This document shows positions 37,845 to 50,294 of a stretch of 64,000 nt of DNA, in pieces. Positions within the stretch are counted from its first letter, which is position 1. Each line of letters opens with the position of its first letter. The notes below the pieces were generated by a model. It worked only from the letters and a program-made list of their open reading frames with translations, was not told the origin of the DNA and ran no database searches. The translations under genes were made by a program, and so were the position numbers. The DNA is from Narcine bancroftii (taxonomy: Eukaryota), in the NCBI RefSeq assembly GCF_036971445.1, contig NC_091482.1, forward strand, positions 5,022,001-5,086,000. The letters run 5' to 3'.

Positions 37845-38410
37845 ATGAGAGATGAGAGGAGAATTGGGCCATTCAGCCTGCTCTGCCATTCGAATGAAGG
37901 CTGGTTATTCTTCCTTTTAACCCCTTTTTTCTGCCTTTTCCCCATTACCTTTTACCATTCAAGAACCCATGAATCTCTGGTTGAAATTTACCCAACGACT
38001 TGGCCTCCACAGCTGCCCGTGGCAACAAACTCCACAGATTCACCACTTTCTGGCTGAAGAAATTTCTCCTCATCTCTGCTCTAAAGGGATGTCCTTTTAT
38101 TCTGAGGCTATGCTCTCTGGTCATAGGTAACATCTTCTCCACATCCACTCTATCCAGCCCTTTCAATATTTGGTATGTTTCAATGAGATCCCCCTCATCC
38201 TTCAATACTCCAGCAAGTATAGGCCCAGTGTCAAATATTTTGCACAAGTTAACTCCCTAATCTCATCCTTAATAATGAACTCTAGAATCTTGCCTAGCAC
38301 TGAAGTCATGCAAACCAGCTTAGTTTATTTTTTTTTTGGCTTTCTCCATTCTTAAAAGTGCAGTGCACTTGCAATTTTGTAGTCCTTCAGAACCATTCCC
38401 AACTCTAGTG
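37845..38410 (-). mobile_element. CR1-like LINE 3' fragment
   Basis: GDLIETYQILKGLDRVDVEKM...RRNFFSQKVVNLWSLLP is a CR1 ORF2 C-terminus. Confidence 0.75.
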
Positions 38411-38596
38411 ATTCTGGACACCTTGATAGTCTCTCCCTGAGACTAATGGCAATCACTATTTAGAGAACACCATGGAATTATACCCAGCATATATTCAATG
38501 CCCTCAAGATGAAATCAGAACAAAAAAATTGTCATAAATGAGCGAACAAGGGGGTCTAAAACATTCCTCGTCTATATGATGATGCAACATGGAGAG

Positions 38597-38835
38597 GCAT
38601 TGTTAGCAATGTGGTTAGCACAACGCTATTACAGCGCCAGCGACCTAGGTTTGAATAAGTCGTTGGCTTTAAGGAGTCTGTACATTCTTCTTGTGTCTGT
38701 GTGAGTTTCCACCAGGTGCTCCGGTTTCCTCCCACCCTTCAAAATGTATGGGGGGGGGGGAGATGAAGGTTAATGGGGTATTTGGGTAGCACAGGCTCAT
38801 GGGCTGGAAGGGCCTGTTACTGTGCTGCATGTCTA
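38597..38835 (+). mobile_element. tRNA-derived SINE
   Basis: GTGGTTAGCACAACGCTATTACAGCGCCAGCGACC head and shared core. Confidence 0.7.
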
Positions 38836-38954
38836 TATTAAAAAATTAGAAACAGTTTAAATATTTTGGAAAAAGGAGGCATTTCATTACAATAAAATGG
38901 ACAAAATGCTGGAGGAAGAACATGAAAGCAAATGATTTGCTTAAGCCAAGTTAC

Positions 38955-39048
38955 CTCAAATTTTCGTTTTAACGCTTGGGCCATGACTGGTGTTAATCCT
39001 GTCCCTGTGTCCTTGTTCTCCTTGTAGAGGGGTGTTCCACCAGGGCTT
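38955..39048 (-). CDS. PRR11: PRR11 coding exon 8
   Basis: (R)[31 protein letters not shown] matches human RSPGGTP...[22 protein letters not shown]. Phase 2 in, phase 0 out. Confidence 0.95.
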
Positions 39049-39429
39049 CTAAAACCAAACACCATTTAGGGTAACCAACCATAGCATTCTACATCTCAAA
39101 ATAGACAAGCATATATTATTCGTTTACAGGGCAAGGAGTCAACAAATCCATGTTTCTGAACATCAATTTTCGTAATTTTTGTGAAATAGTGCATCTTGCT
39201 CACAATTTTATGAACATGGTTCAGTCACTGCAAAACACTGTGGGCATAGGTTATTTAATTATGTTAAAGCTTATTAACTTGCATTTGCTAACACAAATTG
39301 GATTTGCACTTAACCAGTGCTTGGGGTAACAGCAAGCAGCAAAAACATTGCTGTGAACCATATCAACCAAAATGTATACAAACGTTTCTCATTAAATATA
39401 CACAGTGGCATTTTCTCCCTTTCACCCCC

Positions 39430-42255
39430 CCCCCTTCAAAACTATAAATATTCAACATATACAATAAAACCATAAAACAATGTCTTCACAAAATGAAAAA
39501 TAAACAAGAAAAATGCATCACCTGTTTTTCACACTGAATCAAATCATTTGTCTTCTTATCATTTTAGAGGGTGGAGGTCCGAGGCAAGCTCTCTCTGTTA
39601 CGTTCCATGTATGGTTCTCAAATTTGTTCAAATAATGTGACTATTTTTAAAATTATGTTTTTTTTTCCAATGGAATACACTTATTCATTTCCATGTACCA
39701 TTGCTGTATTCTCAGGCTCTCTTCCATTTTCCAAGTTGACATTATACACTTTTTTGCTACTGCTAAGGCTATCATAATGAATCTTTGTTGCACTTTATCC
39801 AATTTGAGGTCTAATTCCTTACTTCTTACGTTACTTAAAAGAAAGATCTCTGGATTTTTTGGTATGTTATTTTTTGTAATTTTAGTTAATATTCACTGTC
39901 AGAAGGCAAAGGAGGAAAAACCCAACACCCAACCCCAACCAACCAATTTTCCCTTGCAACCGCGTCTGCCTGTCCCGCATCGGACTTGTCAGCCACAAAC
40001 GAGCCTGCAGCTGACGTGGACATTACCCCTCCATAAATCTTCGTCCGTGAAGCCAAGCCAAAGAAGTTAATATCTGATTTAGATCTTCCCAAAATGTATT
40101 CATTTTTGTACATGCCCAAATTGTATGTATTGTTGTTCCCATTTCCTTCTTACAGCGAAAACATCTATCTGATAATGTTGGATCCCATTCTTTTAATTTT
40201 TGAGGAGTGATATATAAATTTGTGAAACCAGTTATACTGTACCATGTGTAACCTAGTGTTTATTGTTAACTAATATGGCTACACCTCTCGCTTTTGAATT
40301 ATATGATGCTGCCGCTACGTGTCCTACCCAGACTCTCTTTAATTTGTTATGTTCCACTTCAGTTAGATGTGCTTCCTGCACAAATGCTATATTTATTTTT
40401 TATTTTTCAGTAAATTTAGTAGCCTCTTCCTTTTAATTTGGTTATGTATTCCATTAATGTTTATAGTCATATAGTTCAACGCAGCCATCTTATATCTTGT
40501 TTACACCTCTTTTCCACTTCCCCCATTTTCATCTCAATTTTCCCTTTTTAAATTCAATGTATGACAACACATTTAAAACATAAAATACTCCAACAATTCC
40601 CACACCTTAACCCCAAATGCCCCTTATCTGAGTTGCCCCTTATCCCTTGCCAGGCAACCACAATTTCCCTTTCCATTCTTCTTTTCCCTCTTTATTTCTT
40701 TACACATACATTGTTTTTACATCTTTATATATACTTTATCACCTTTCTTCATTCTTATTACATCTCTCCTTCTCTCCTGCAAACACTCTGCAAATTGTTG
40801 CGCTTCCTCCAGATCCAAGAACAGTCCGTTTTGCTCCCCAGGTATAAATATTTTAAGTACGGCTGGATGTCTTAACGTGAATTTATAACCTTTATCCATA
40901 AAATTGTTTTCGCTGCATTAAACTCTTTCCTCTTTAAGAGTTCAAAACTTATGTCTGGGTAAAAAAAAATCTTTAGACCCTTGTATTCCAATGGTTTATC
41001 TTCTCTAACATTACTCCTTGGCCGCTCCAATATATTTTCTCTTGCTGTATATCTCAAACATTTTACTAAGATGGATCTTGATTTTTGATGTGTCTGCGGT
41101 TTTGGAGCTAGTGCTCTGTGTGCCTTTTCTATTTCCATTTCTTCCTGCATTTCTGTCGTTCCCAGGACCTTTGGGATCCATTCTTTTATAAATTCCTTCA
41201 TATCTGTGCCTTCTTCACCCTCCTTCAGCCCCACCATTTTTATGTTGTTACACCTACTATAATTTTCCAACATATCAATTTTCTGAGAAACTTTTGTGAC
41301 TAACTTTTTTGTCACTTTCTTCCTATTTTCCTCTTAAGTCATTTACTTCCATTTCTACAGCCGTTTTTCATACTTCCACATTTTATACTCTTTTCCCTAT
41401 TTCTGTCATGACCCGTTCTAAACTTTGCATTTTTTTTTAATTGCACTAAATTCTAATGACAACCATTCCTTTAATGCTCTTATTTGTTCTTCAAAAAAGG
41501 CTTTATCTATATTCTGTCCATCTGTTTTTCCTTCTATTTCTCTGAAGATCTTGGTGGTCTTCTTCCTCTTCTTCTGTGTCTGTACCTGTGTTTGTGTCTT
41601 CTCCTCTTCTTTGTATCCGTGTCTCTTCTGATTCTCTTGATGAGTTTCTTGTATCACTTTGTCAGGCCTCTTCTTGCTGGTCCTCTTGTTGTTGATCTTC
41701 CCCTCCTGGGCTGCTCATCTGTCGGGCCTCCTGCTGCTGCTGCTCCCCTTGCTGTTCACCCAGTCAGCATTCTTCCTCTCCTTGTTCCTCAGTCCCTCTC
41801 CTGCCGCCTTCCTCATCTTCTAGCTGAGAGCCCCGGTGTCGGGCGTCCCTCAGCGGGTTGCGCCGTGGTTGCCTGCTCCTCGGCTGAGCCCCCCTCCCGG
41901 CGGTGTTTCCTTTTACCTTTGATTGCGCAGTTGCGCACTTTTGTTTGACTCAGAGCCATTTCTGAGGTCCACTGGTCAGGGGGCTCGCGACTCTGCAGAG
42001 CCGGCACCAACCTCTGAGATCGGGCGCTCTTCGCCACCATGGCTCCCTGTTCCTTCATGCAGGTAAGGCCTTCTTTTCTTCCCCCCCGTTGTTTTTACTT
42101 TGTCCTTCTTTGGTGCCATCTTCTTTCTCTTCTCTGCAACTTCATCTTCTAATTCTTAGACTTTATATTTGCTAAGCTTAGTCTTTTCTTTACTTTTCTT
42201 TCTGGAGAGGGCTGGTTTTACCCAACCGGCCACTACTCCATCATATGACTCCCCT
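39430..42255 (-). mobile_element. L1-clade LINE remnant (5' UTR, ORF1, start of APE endonuclease; internally deleted)
   Basis: ORF1-like LENYSRCNNIKMVGLKEGEE...EIEKAHRAL...IFFYPDIS. ORF2 start MAALNYMTININGIHNQIKRKR...AFVQEAHL near 40490-40260. Confidence 0.8.
39893..40064 (+). mobile_element. RTE-clade LINE 3' end inserted in the L1 remnant
   Basis: Nearly identical to 4198-4380. TSD AGTTAATAT (39884-39892/40065-40073). Confidence 0.85.
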
Positions 42256-42261
42256 CCCAAA

Positions 42262-42475
42262 CAGCCATTCTCAATGGGGGTCCCACAGACCCCCTGGAGG
42301 CTACAGCACATTGAAGTAAATGTGTTTTTTTCTCTTCACCTCATGTACATAAATATTTTTTATGTTTTTATATAGTCAGTAGGAGAGATGTTACAGTTTC
42401 ACAGGGAAGGGGGCCCATAAACTGAGCAGAGTCCTGGGAGGGTGGGGATAGCCAAAACAAGGTTGAGAATGGCTG
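42262..42475. mobile_element. hAT-type MITE
   Basis: TIRs CAGCCATTCTCAA / TTGAGAATGGCTG. Confidence 0.55.
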
Positions 42476-42874
42476 GCTTAGGGAGATAAAATTAAAAAAT
42501 GTAAAAGAACTGCAAGTCCCAAGAGGGCTTGACAAGATGTGTTGGGAAGTTTTCTCTGGTGGGAGAAGCTCAAACAAGGGAAATTTAACTCCAAGAGGGC
42601 CGTTCATTTTAAACAAAGGTAGAAATTGCTTCTTGCAAACTGTGGTTAATCTCTTAAATTTTCTGCCCCATAGGTGGTGGAAGCAAAAATCATTTTTTAA
42701 TTTTATCTCCCTAAGCCAGCCATTCTCAACCTTGTTTTGGCTATCCCCACCCTCCCAGGACTCTGCTCAGTTGATGGGCCCCCTTCCCTGTGAAGCTGTA
42801 ACATCTCTCCTACTGACTATATAAAAACATAAAAAATATTTATGTACATGAGGTGAAGAGAAAAAACACATTTA
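42317..42874. repeat. ~185-bp near-perfect inverted repeat (42317-42501 / 42691-42874)
   Basis: The arms are reverse complements with only a few differences, and give near-identical ORF translations on opposite strands (FFNFISLSQPFSTLFWLSPPSQDSAQ). Confidence 0.9.
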
Positions 42875-44100
42875 GAGTGCAGGAAGATAAATATTTGATT
42901 GATCTAGGAAGAGGGATCAGGAGAAGTGACACTGATGAGATGAAGCCAGCAAGGATCAGCCATGATCTTATTAACTGACAGGGCAGGTTAAAGAAGCCAT
43001 TGCTCCCATTTTCTTGTGTTCTTGTGCAGACGCATCACAAAATCTCCCTTAACTGATATGGGCTGAATGGCAAGTGGGCTACAGTGTATTTGCTGGAAGA
43101 GTGGAAAATTAAGCAAGTTTCCCTCAATAATTAAATAAAATGACACACTTGCCATCCACCCTTCAGTTGGAGAGTATGTGTGGATATTAGGGATAAAGCA
43201 GACTATTTCCACAGCAAAGGTTCACTAGAAGTTTCAGATGTAGGTACTTATTGAAACACATCTAAAAAAGTACTTCTCTTGGTCCCCAAATATATCAGAG
43301 AAAAAGGAAATCTTATCAGTGTGAAACAACTGCCCATTGCTATCCAGAACACACTGCTATAACACAGATGATTGAAACAATTGGATCAAGTTATTTCCTC
43401 ACCTTCAAAGCAATTTTTTCTTGTACGAAATATTCATTGAATATGGCCAATACTAGCCAGGCTGGCATTTATTGTCAATGAGAAGATGGCAACAAATTGC
43501 CTTCTTCATTCCAATTAACAGAAGTACTCAAATGGTCCTTTTACAAAAGGTTTTGGGGATACGACTCAATGATAATGAAAGAATCTTAATGGTAAAAGTT
43601 GCAAGTTCAACGAGTGGTATTGAAGAATCATCAACGAGTGCTTCAGAGCATTATGCAAGAGATTCAAAAGACAAGCAGAGAACCAAAAGTGGGACAAGTG
43701 ATTTAGGGAAAAGTATGAGAACCAACGAAAATTGGCTGTTTTGTCTTTTATATGCTAATCTTTAAACACTATGGAAAGTACACAAAAGCAAGTGCAAAGG
43801 CACCCGATTTCTTCCTTGTACATGGCAGCAATATTTGGGGAGTTGGGAAGAGAAGGCACCCGCCATCAAAATACACATTAATTACAGTGAAAGGTAACTT
43901 CCAGGATAGTGATGGTGCAAGACTTGGCGACAGCAATGACACCTAGCGACATTTAGACTCCATCTGTTAGAGAAGATTTCTGCATTCATTTACTACGCAA
44001 ATCTGAGCAGTTTTTTTTTGCCATATGTAGGTTATCAATATAAATGGATCTTGCAATTAATGCAAGGATTAAATAAGAATCACAAAACACAAGCTATTAC

Positions 44101-44163
44101 CTTTCTATATTTACTTTCTTTAGACGTCGCTGGAGATGCAGCAAGGGTCGATGTGGAGTGATC
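44101..44163 (-). CDS. PRR11: PRR11 coding exon 7
   Basis: ITPHRPLLHLQRRLKKVNIE(R) versus human ITPGKSQMDLRKLLRKVDVER. CTTTTTCAG/GTAAT sites, phase 2/2. Confidence 0.88.
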
Positions 44164-44221
44164 CTGAAAAAGGAATACAAGATTTGCATCTACAATTTAA
44201 AAAAAAAAAAAATAAATATAC

Positions 44222-44496
44222 AAGAGACTTGGTCTCGCTGTATTGACCAGGCTGTGCTGCAACATCTATTCTTGGACATGATCCAACGACTGATAGGCAC
44301 GGGGGCTTTGAATGACCTGGGCTGAATCACCTCTCTTTGCACAACCTGGTGACTCCCAATTCCTCTACAGACACCATATTGATGCTCAACGTAGTGAGGA
44401 CACCTGCTTAACACAGGCCGCAGTAGCCCAGAACTCCTGGTCTCAAGCGATCCAACAGCTTCCACCAAGTAGCCGGATTATAAGCGTGCGCCCGGC
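44222..44496 (-). pseudogene. 7SL (SRP) RNA-derived retrocopy
   Basis: Minus strand reads GCCGGGCGC...GGATCGCTTGAGACCAGGAGTTCTGGGCT...GCATCAATATGGTG...CACCAGGTTG...GCCCAGGTC...AGCCTGGTCAATACAGCGAGACC..GTCTCTT, collinear with vertebrate 7SL. TSD CTACAATT (44190-44197/44497-44504). Confidence 0.9.
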
Positions 44497-45162
44497 CTAC
44501 AATTCATTTAAATGCTGCTTATTTACTTTAAACGAAATGCACTTTAATTAGAATATCACCACAGTTTAAACAAATGGTGAAAAGTCATTTACTAAACAAG
44601 ATAATTCTTGAGAGGAGCTTTCAACAACTGAACTATATTGTTTTCTTCAGGTCCATTCAAAATATGAATGAACAGTATTTTTCAGCTCTCAGTAATTCTC
44701 TGGTCAGCTAGAAGGCTAAAAAGAATCGTTATCTGAGATACAGATGTAATTCAAAGTGTGGTCTCTGAGATTTGGAATGAAACCCAGTTCCATCTGTACC
44801 CTCTAGTGAACCTAGAGGAGAAAGAGTTTCCATCCCTCAACCAACATTATTTAAACAGATTAGCTGATCAGTAATCACTTTGCCATTTGTGGGATCTTGC
44901 GATACATCAGTTGACTACTGCATTTTCCACATTCCAAAAATAACTAGACTTAAATAACAGCCAGCTCCATGTAAAACAAAGCCCTGGTTCTTTGAACATC
45001 CAACACAAATGAGCTTTCTTTTCATTTTTTATTCTTCCCCTATTTATCATAACTTAGTATTGACATTTAAAATGACAGATACAATTCAAATTTGAGATGT
45101 TATCTCATCTGCTTAAAAATACATTTCTGAATAAATCATTGCATACTATTAAAATCATTCAC

Positions 45163-45308
45163 AACAAATTCAAGTATTGACTAAAAGGATTTGTGACTTG
45201 CATCATTTTTGTCGTCTTCAGCTGTTGATTAGCTTTCTGCATCAAATTAAAGCTTTGTAGATCAGAGATTCTGACCAAAGGAGATCTTTTCTTTCCTGGA
45301 TTATCCAT
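45163..45308 (-). CDS. PRR11: PRR11 coding exon 6
   Basis: MDNPGKKRSPLVRISDLQSFNL...VTNPFSQYLNL versus human PLVTVSDLQHVTL. CCTAG acceptor; a GTGAAT donor gives the required phase 2. Confidence 0.82.
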
Positions 45309-46051
45309 CTAGGAACAAAGCACACAATTCATAGCATTTAGAATCATAGAACATTGCGGCTCAGACAAGAAATAGTTTATTTTTAAAAAAATTTTTAAAA
45401 AAAATCACAATTTTCATAGAACTGTCTCCAGACATATTTGTGGTTAGTCAAATTGTATATATCCAGACCAAGCAGTAAAATAAAATCTCCAGCACAATTC
45501 CATTTAGAAACAAACACAGAGGCAAGACATTTTGCCCAACTTGTCCGTGCCAGTGTGGATGTTCCAGTGAACTCTTCGGTCTTTTCTTCACGTTCCACAT
45601 TCTCACTGCTCTTTGGGGAAAGAAATTTCTTATGTTCTCTATTGGATTTATTGGTGATGTTATGTAGACCATCTCGTTAAGTAATATTACTTTCAAAGCA
45701 TGATCATCAGAAACAATCAGTACTTGTTCCCATTTATGGTTTTAAAACCGTTAAAGTTTGAAAGTAACTTGATTTGCAGCAACAGGAATAATTATGTATG
45801 CCAACTAACCTGTACATATTGGTGTTAGTTTGAAGAGTGAGTTAGAACAAATCTTACTGGAATTATGCTCTCTTTTGGTTGTTCTACTTTGTTCTGCGTC
45901 TTTCTCAGCTTCACATTAAGCAAATCCTTCACTGTAACAAATGGTGGACCATCTTTCTTCTCAAGATCCATCTACAACCACACAAGAGGAATCCTACATC
46001 AAATATCCTGCATGTAATAACAAAACAAGCTTTGATTTGACCATCACTAAC

Positions 46052-46147
46052 CTTTGTTAGTTCAATTCTGTCCACTGTCCTTTTCAGTTTTACTTGAAGC
46101 AAATCATTCATAGTTATGGATGGTGGTCTAGGAACTTCCTCACGATT
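46052..46147 (-). CDS. PRR11: PRR11 coding exon 5
   Basis: NREEVPRPPSITMNDLLQVKLKRTVDRIELTK versus human QITVKDLLTVKLKKT. Phase 0/0. Confidence 0.88.
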
Positions 46148-46154
46148 CTGTGAA

Positions 46155-47370
46155 TCAAGTAAAAACACAATGCTGGAGAAACTCAGCAGGTCAAACAATG
46201 TACATTTTAGAGCAAAGATAAAGATACATAACTCAAGGCCTGAGCTCTTTATCAAATCAAATTTATTGTCATTTGGTCAAACAAGTACAAACCAACTATG
46301 TTCTCTGGTCCTTAGTGCAAACTATGCACTCAACCAGACATTACACACATACAGACAAACAATACATATGCAGGACAAGTACTTATATATACACAAATAA
46401 ATAAATAAAATTTTGCTAATCAACAGCTAGTGTGAGGAGTTCCTTTTGACTTTCAGCATTTTCACTGTCCATGGGAAGCTGTTCCTTCTCAGCTTGGTGG
46501 CTCTGATACTCCTGCATTTCTTTCCCAATGGGAGCAGCCGAAAGATGCTGTGTGTAGGGTGGAAGGGATCCTCAATGATTTTGCGTGCCCTCTTCAGATC
46601 ATTTCAAGGTGAGGGGAAGGTACAAGCAAAATGTAGACAAAGGCCTGAACAAAATGAGGGGGGAGGGAAAGACAGGGGGAAAGGCACAGGCAGGAGGGAA
46701 TAGGTGGATAAGTGAGGGAGGGCACACCAGCAAGAAGAGGGAGGAGGCATGGATGGACATATCTGCATGGGAATGGGGGATAGAATTGAAATGGTTGGCT
46801 ACTGGGAGATCCCTGTCACTGATGCGGACACAGCAAAGATCTGCCTCCAGTCTCCAATTTAAAGATGACCACACCAGGAGCACAGAATGCAGGACATCAC
46901 TCCTACTATAATGTGTTGAATGCAGAGGCTGGTGAGGTGGTAGGTGAGGACAAGGGAAATCTGTTTTTTGTTCTGTGTGAGGACAGAGCAGATGAATGGG
47001 AAATGGAGGAGATGCAGGCAAGTGCTAAATTGGTGGTGGAGAGAAGCCATGGCTTTGGAATAAAGAGGACATTGCGAATGATCTGGACTGGAAGATGATC
47101 TTGGGAACAGTCACAATGGAGACAGAAGAATTGAGAGAAACGAATCAAGTCCTTGCAAGGGACTGGGTGTGAAAAAGTGTTGTCAACAGGGTTGTGAGAC
47201 TTGTTAGGTTTGTAAAAAAAGACTGTAGAAAGCTTGTCTCCCAAGATGGAGACAAAGATCAAGAAAGGGGAGAATGTCACCAAAGATGGACCAAGTGAAT
47301 TTGAGGTTGGGGTGAAAGCTAGCAACAAAGTGAATGAGGTTGACAAGTTCATCATAGGTCCACTAACAAT
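46155..47370 (-). mobile_element. Penelope-like element fragments interrupted by a LINE fragment
   Basis: ACACAATGCTGGAGAAACTCAGCAGGTCA terminal motif, DRDLPVANHFNS, and LSTVFFYKPNKSH RT-thumb-like remnant. Confidence 0.7.
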
Positions 47371-47914
47371 CAATATTTAGAAATGATTTATTTTTGAAGA
47401 CCATGCCCCAGATGAATAAAGTTACCAATTAAGCTTCCAAAAATCAAATATTCATTAGATTGACAGGAGGTTTTGCACAACATACCAGCATGAACTTGGT
47501 CCATGGTAGAATATGTCCAACAAGATGAAGTGAAATCAAAATATGAACCTACTTTTTAAAACAAAAAATCTACATTTGTTTGTTAAATCTAGCTGTAGTG
47601 GGGAAAAAAATCTTTCTCCAAAATTCCCTGGTGGTTTTGAAATATGTACCAAATTCTGACTGCCCTCTCTTGTTTTATTTGATAATTCTGCTGCACAGAA
47701 GCAAAAATTTAGAAATGCATGGCCAACCTGTCTCATTTTTCCCTTTTTGTAATTCCCTGTTGATGGGGAAGGTTGTGGCTTCATGATCACATTCTTAGGT
47801 TTGATCCAACTCTAAGAATAGATCTGAACCTGGATGGATACTAGGCAGAACATATTCTTTTAATTGTAGAATGATACTTTAATCAAAAGATTGGAACTCA
47901 TCCAGGCTGCTCAT

Positions 47915-48282
47915 TGTTAGGTCTGCTTTGTTCATGAATGAGTGAGACAAACACCAGGCTGAGTCGAAATCAGGGTTCTTTGTTCTTTATTACCGGATTG
48001 TAACACTTGCGACTAAACATGTTAGTCGGAGAATGCATTCTGCCGTTATCAGCAAAATGGTGATTTTTTATACCCTTGGATACATGCTTAGAACATCATC
48101 ATATCATTACTTGTCCAATGACTAAAACTGTTGCTATCCTTTCCCTGCTAGCTTCCTGCCTCTCAATCCATCAATGTCTCTCTTATCTTGTAAGTACAAG
48201 GATGCATTTACATCTTGTTACAGCCCTGTACAGGGCAGGGTAACTCCTTACACATTCCCATCTCATGATGTTTTACCTTACA
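47915..48282 (-). mobile_element. Solo LTR (Gypsy/ERV-like)
   Basis: TGTTAGGT...ACCTTACA termini, perfect 4-bp TSD TCAT, minus-strand TATAAA and AATAAA. Confidence 0.8.
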
Positions 48283-48912
48283 TCATCCAAAAGAAGCACT
48301 TTGACAGATCTTTACCTATTCACTTACTAAAGTGAAGAGCTTTCAAACCATGCTAAGTTGTCTCATTGCTGGTGTGGATTTCTTTATTTTAACCGTTTCC
48401 TCATCCTGAGTGTTGTTTTGTTAAAGATTCCACCAAATGCATGACCATTACTTTAACAGGTTTCCAGAATTTGATATTTCATTTGGAGACAACAAACAAT
48501 TGTGCAATTGTTTGAAGACACTTGGAATAGTCACAGAGTTTGAAATCACGCCTGTTGGCCCTGACCTCACGTCATCCATCAAGCAATCATTGATACTAAT
48601 CCTGCATGAATCCTACTTCTCATGTTCCCAGATCAACCATTCATCACACATTGAGGGGTAAATTTCAATAGCCAATATACCAGAAAACTTGGCATTTTGA
48701 GATGTCGAAGAACCCTGAGCACATTGAGGAAATCCATGTAGTCACTGGAAGAATGTGCAAAGGTCAGGATCAAACCCAGGGCACCACTAACAAATTCAGA
48801 TGCCACAAATAATAATAAAAAATGATTTTCTTTCAAAAAGTCACAAATAACTTAATAAAATTTAAGTTCTCGAGAGTCACCATCTCAGAGGATCTTTGCT
48901 GGAACAAACACA

Positions 48913-49076
48913 CAAGTACACGATCCTTAATCCGGACATCTAAAATCCAGCAAGATCCAAGATCCGGCACGTGGGGACTAGCGGTTGGGGGAGGTTACTT
49001 TCCGAAATCCGGAAAAATCAGAAATTTGGAACACACTGACCCCCAAGGCCTCCGGATAAAGGATTGTGTACCTGTA
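48913..49076. mobile_element. Tc1/mariner-type MITE
   Basis: Inverted ends CAAGTACACGATCCTTAATCCGGA / TCCGGATAAAGGATTGTGTACCTG. Confidence 0.6.
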
Positions 49077-49762
49077 ATGGCGTGAATAAAGCAATTCAGC
49101 GCCTCTACTTCCTCAGGAGTTTGCAAAAGAGAGTGTGTGCTGGATGGTGTGGATCTTTGATGATGGCTGCTGTAAAGGTTTGGTATGACATCAAAAAAAT
49201 AGCTGTATCAAGGTCTGGTATGGGGGACATCATTGTCCTTGAGTAAAAAGTCCTGCAAAAGGTAGTGGACATAGCTCAGGACATCACAGGCAAAACCCTC
49301 CCCACCATCAAGAACATTGACAGGATGTCAATGTTCCCACTAGGGAGCAACAGCAATCATCAAGAAACACATCATCTAGCACACGTTTTGTTCTTGCTGC
49401 TACCATCAGGAAAGAGGTCTAGGTGCCACAAGACTCACACCACCAGGTTCAGGAATAGCTGCTACCCCTCCATCATCAGACTCCTCAATGACAAACTCAA
49501 TCAGGGTCTCATTTAAGGATCCTACTTTTGCACTTTATTAATTTTTTTTCTCTCTATATTGCACGGTTTGTTTACATTTCTTCATTAGTTTACACGTGAA
49601 TGCGGAGTCAGTTGTATTTTAGCATTGCCAATAACTGGTAATTCTGCCTTGCCCGCAGGAAAAAGAATCTCAGGGTTGAATATGATGTTCTGTATGTACT
49701 CCAACAATAAATCTGACATTTAAAAACAAGTAGAATGCTTTCACAGCTCAGTATACACTCAC

Positions 49763-50005
49763 TTGCAAAAGTTTTTCGAATCTAGTCTTCCTCTGTATCT
49801 GCAGTGGCTTCTCTGTAAACAAAGAGGGAGGAGGTAGTGGAGGTGGGGGAGGTGGAGGAGGAAGAGCCTCATCTTGTGACTTTAGCAGAGTGTGACTAAC
49901 AATCGGTTCCACTGGCCATATTGGAATTTTATTGGGACCTGGTAGTAAGGAATCGATACGTTTTCGACAGCAGCACACTTCAGCAGCTTTTGCTGTACGA
50001 GGCTC
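49763..50005 (-). CDS. PRR11: PRR11 coding exon 4 (polyproline tract)
   Basis: EPRTAKAAEVCCCRK...ALPPPPPPPPLPPPSLFTEKPLQIQRKTRFEKLLQ. TTTGTAG/GTGAGT sites, 243 nt, phase 0/0. Confidence 0.9.
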
Positions 50006-50049
50006 CTACAAATAATAGAAAAGAATTCAGGAACAGCAACATTTGAAAC

Positions 50050-50294
50050 TCTTGGCGCCTCACAGTTCGGTGGGCAGCCACCTCCTTGGAAGAAGACCGC
50101 AGAGCCCACCTCACTGACAAAAGACAAAGAAGGAAAAACCCAACACCCAACCCCAACCAACCAATTTTCCCTTGCAACCGCTGCAACCGTGCCTGCCTGT
50201 CCATCGGACTTGTCAGTCAACAAGGAGCCTGCAGCAAACGTGGACTTTACCCCTCCATAAATCTTCGTCCGCGAAGCCAAGCCAAAGAAAGAAG
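50050..50294 (+). mobile_element. RTE-clade LINE 3' end
   Basis: Nearly identical to 4137-4385. Confidence 0.85.

Noticed and set aside
44222-44496. Functional 7SL RNA gene
   Set aside because: The helix 8 deletion, divergence and flanking TSD point to an inserted copy rather than the functional gene.
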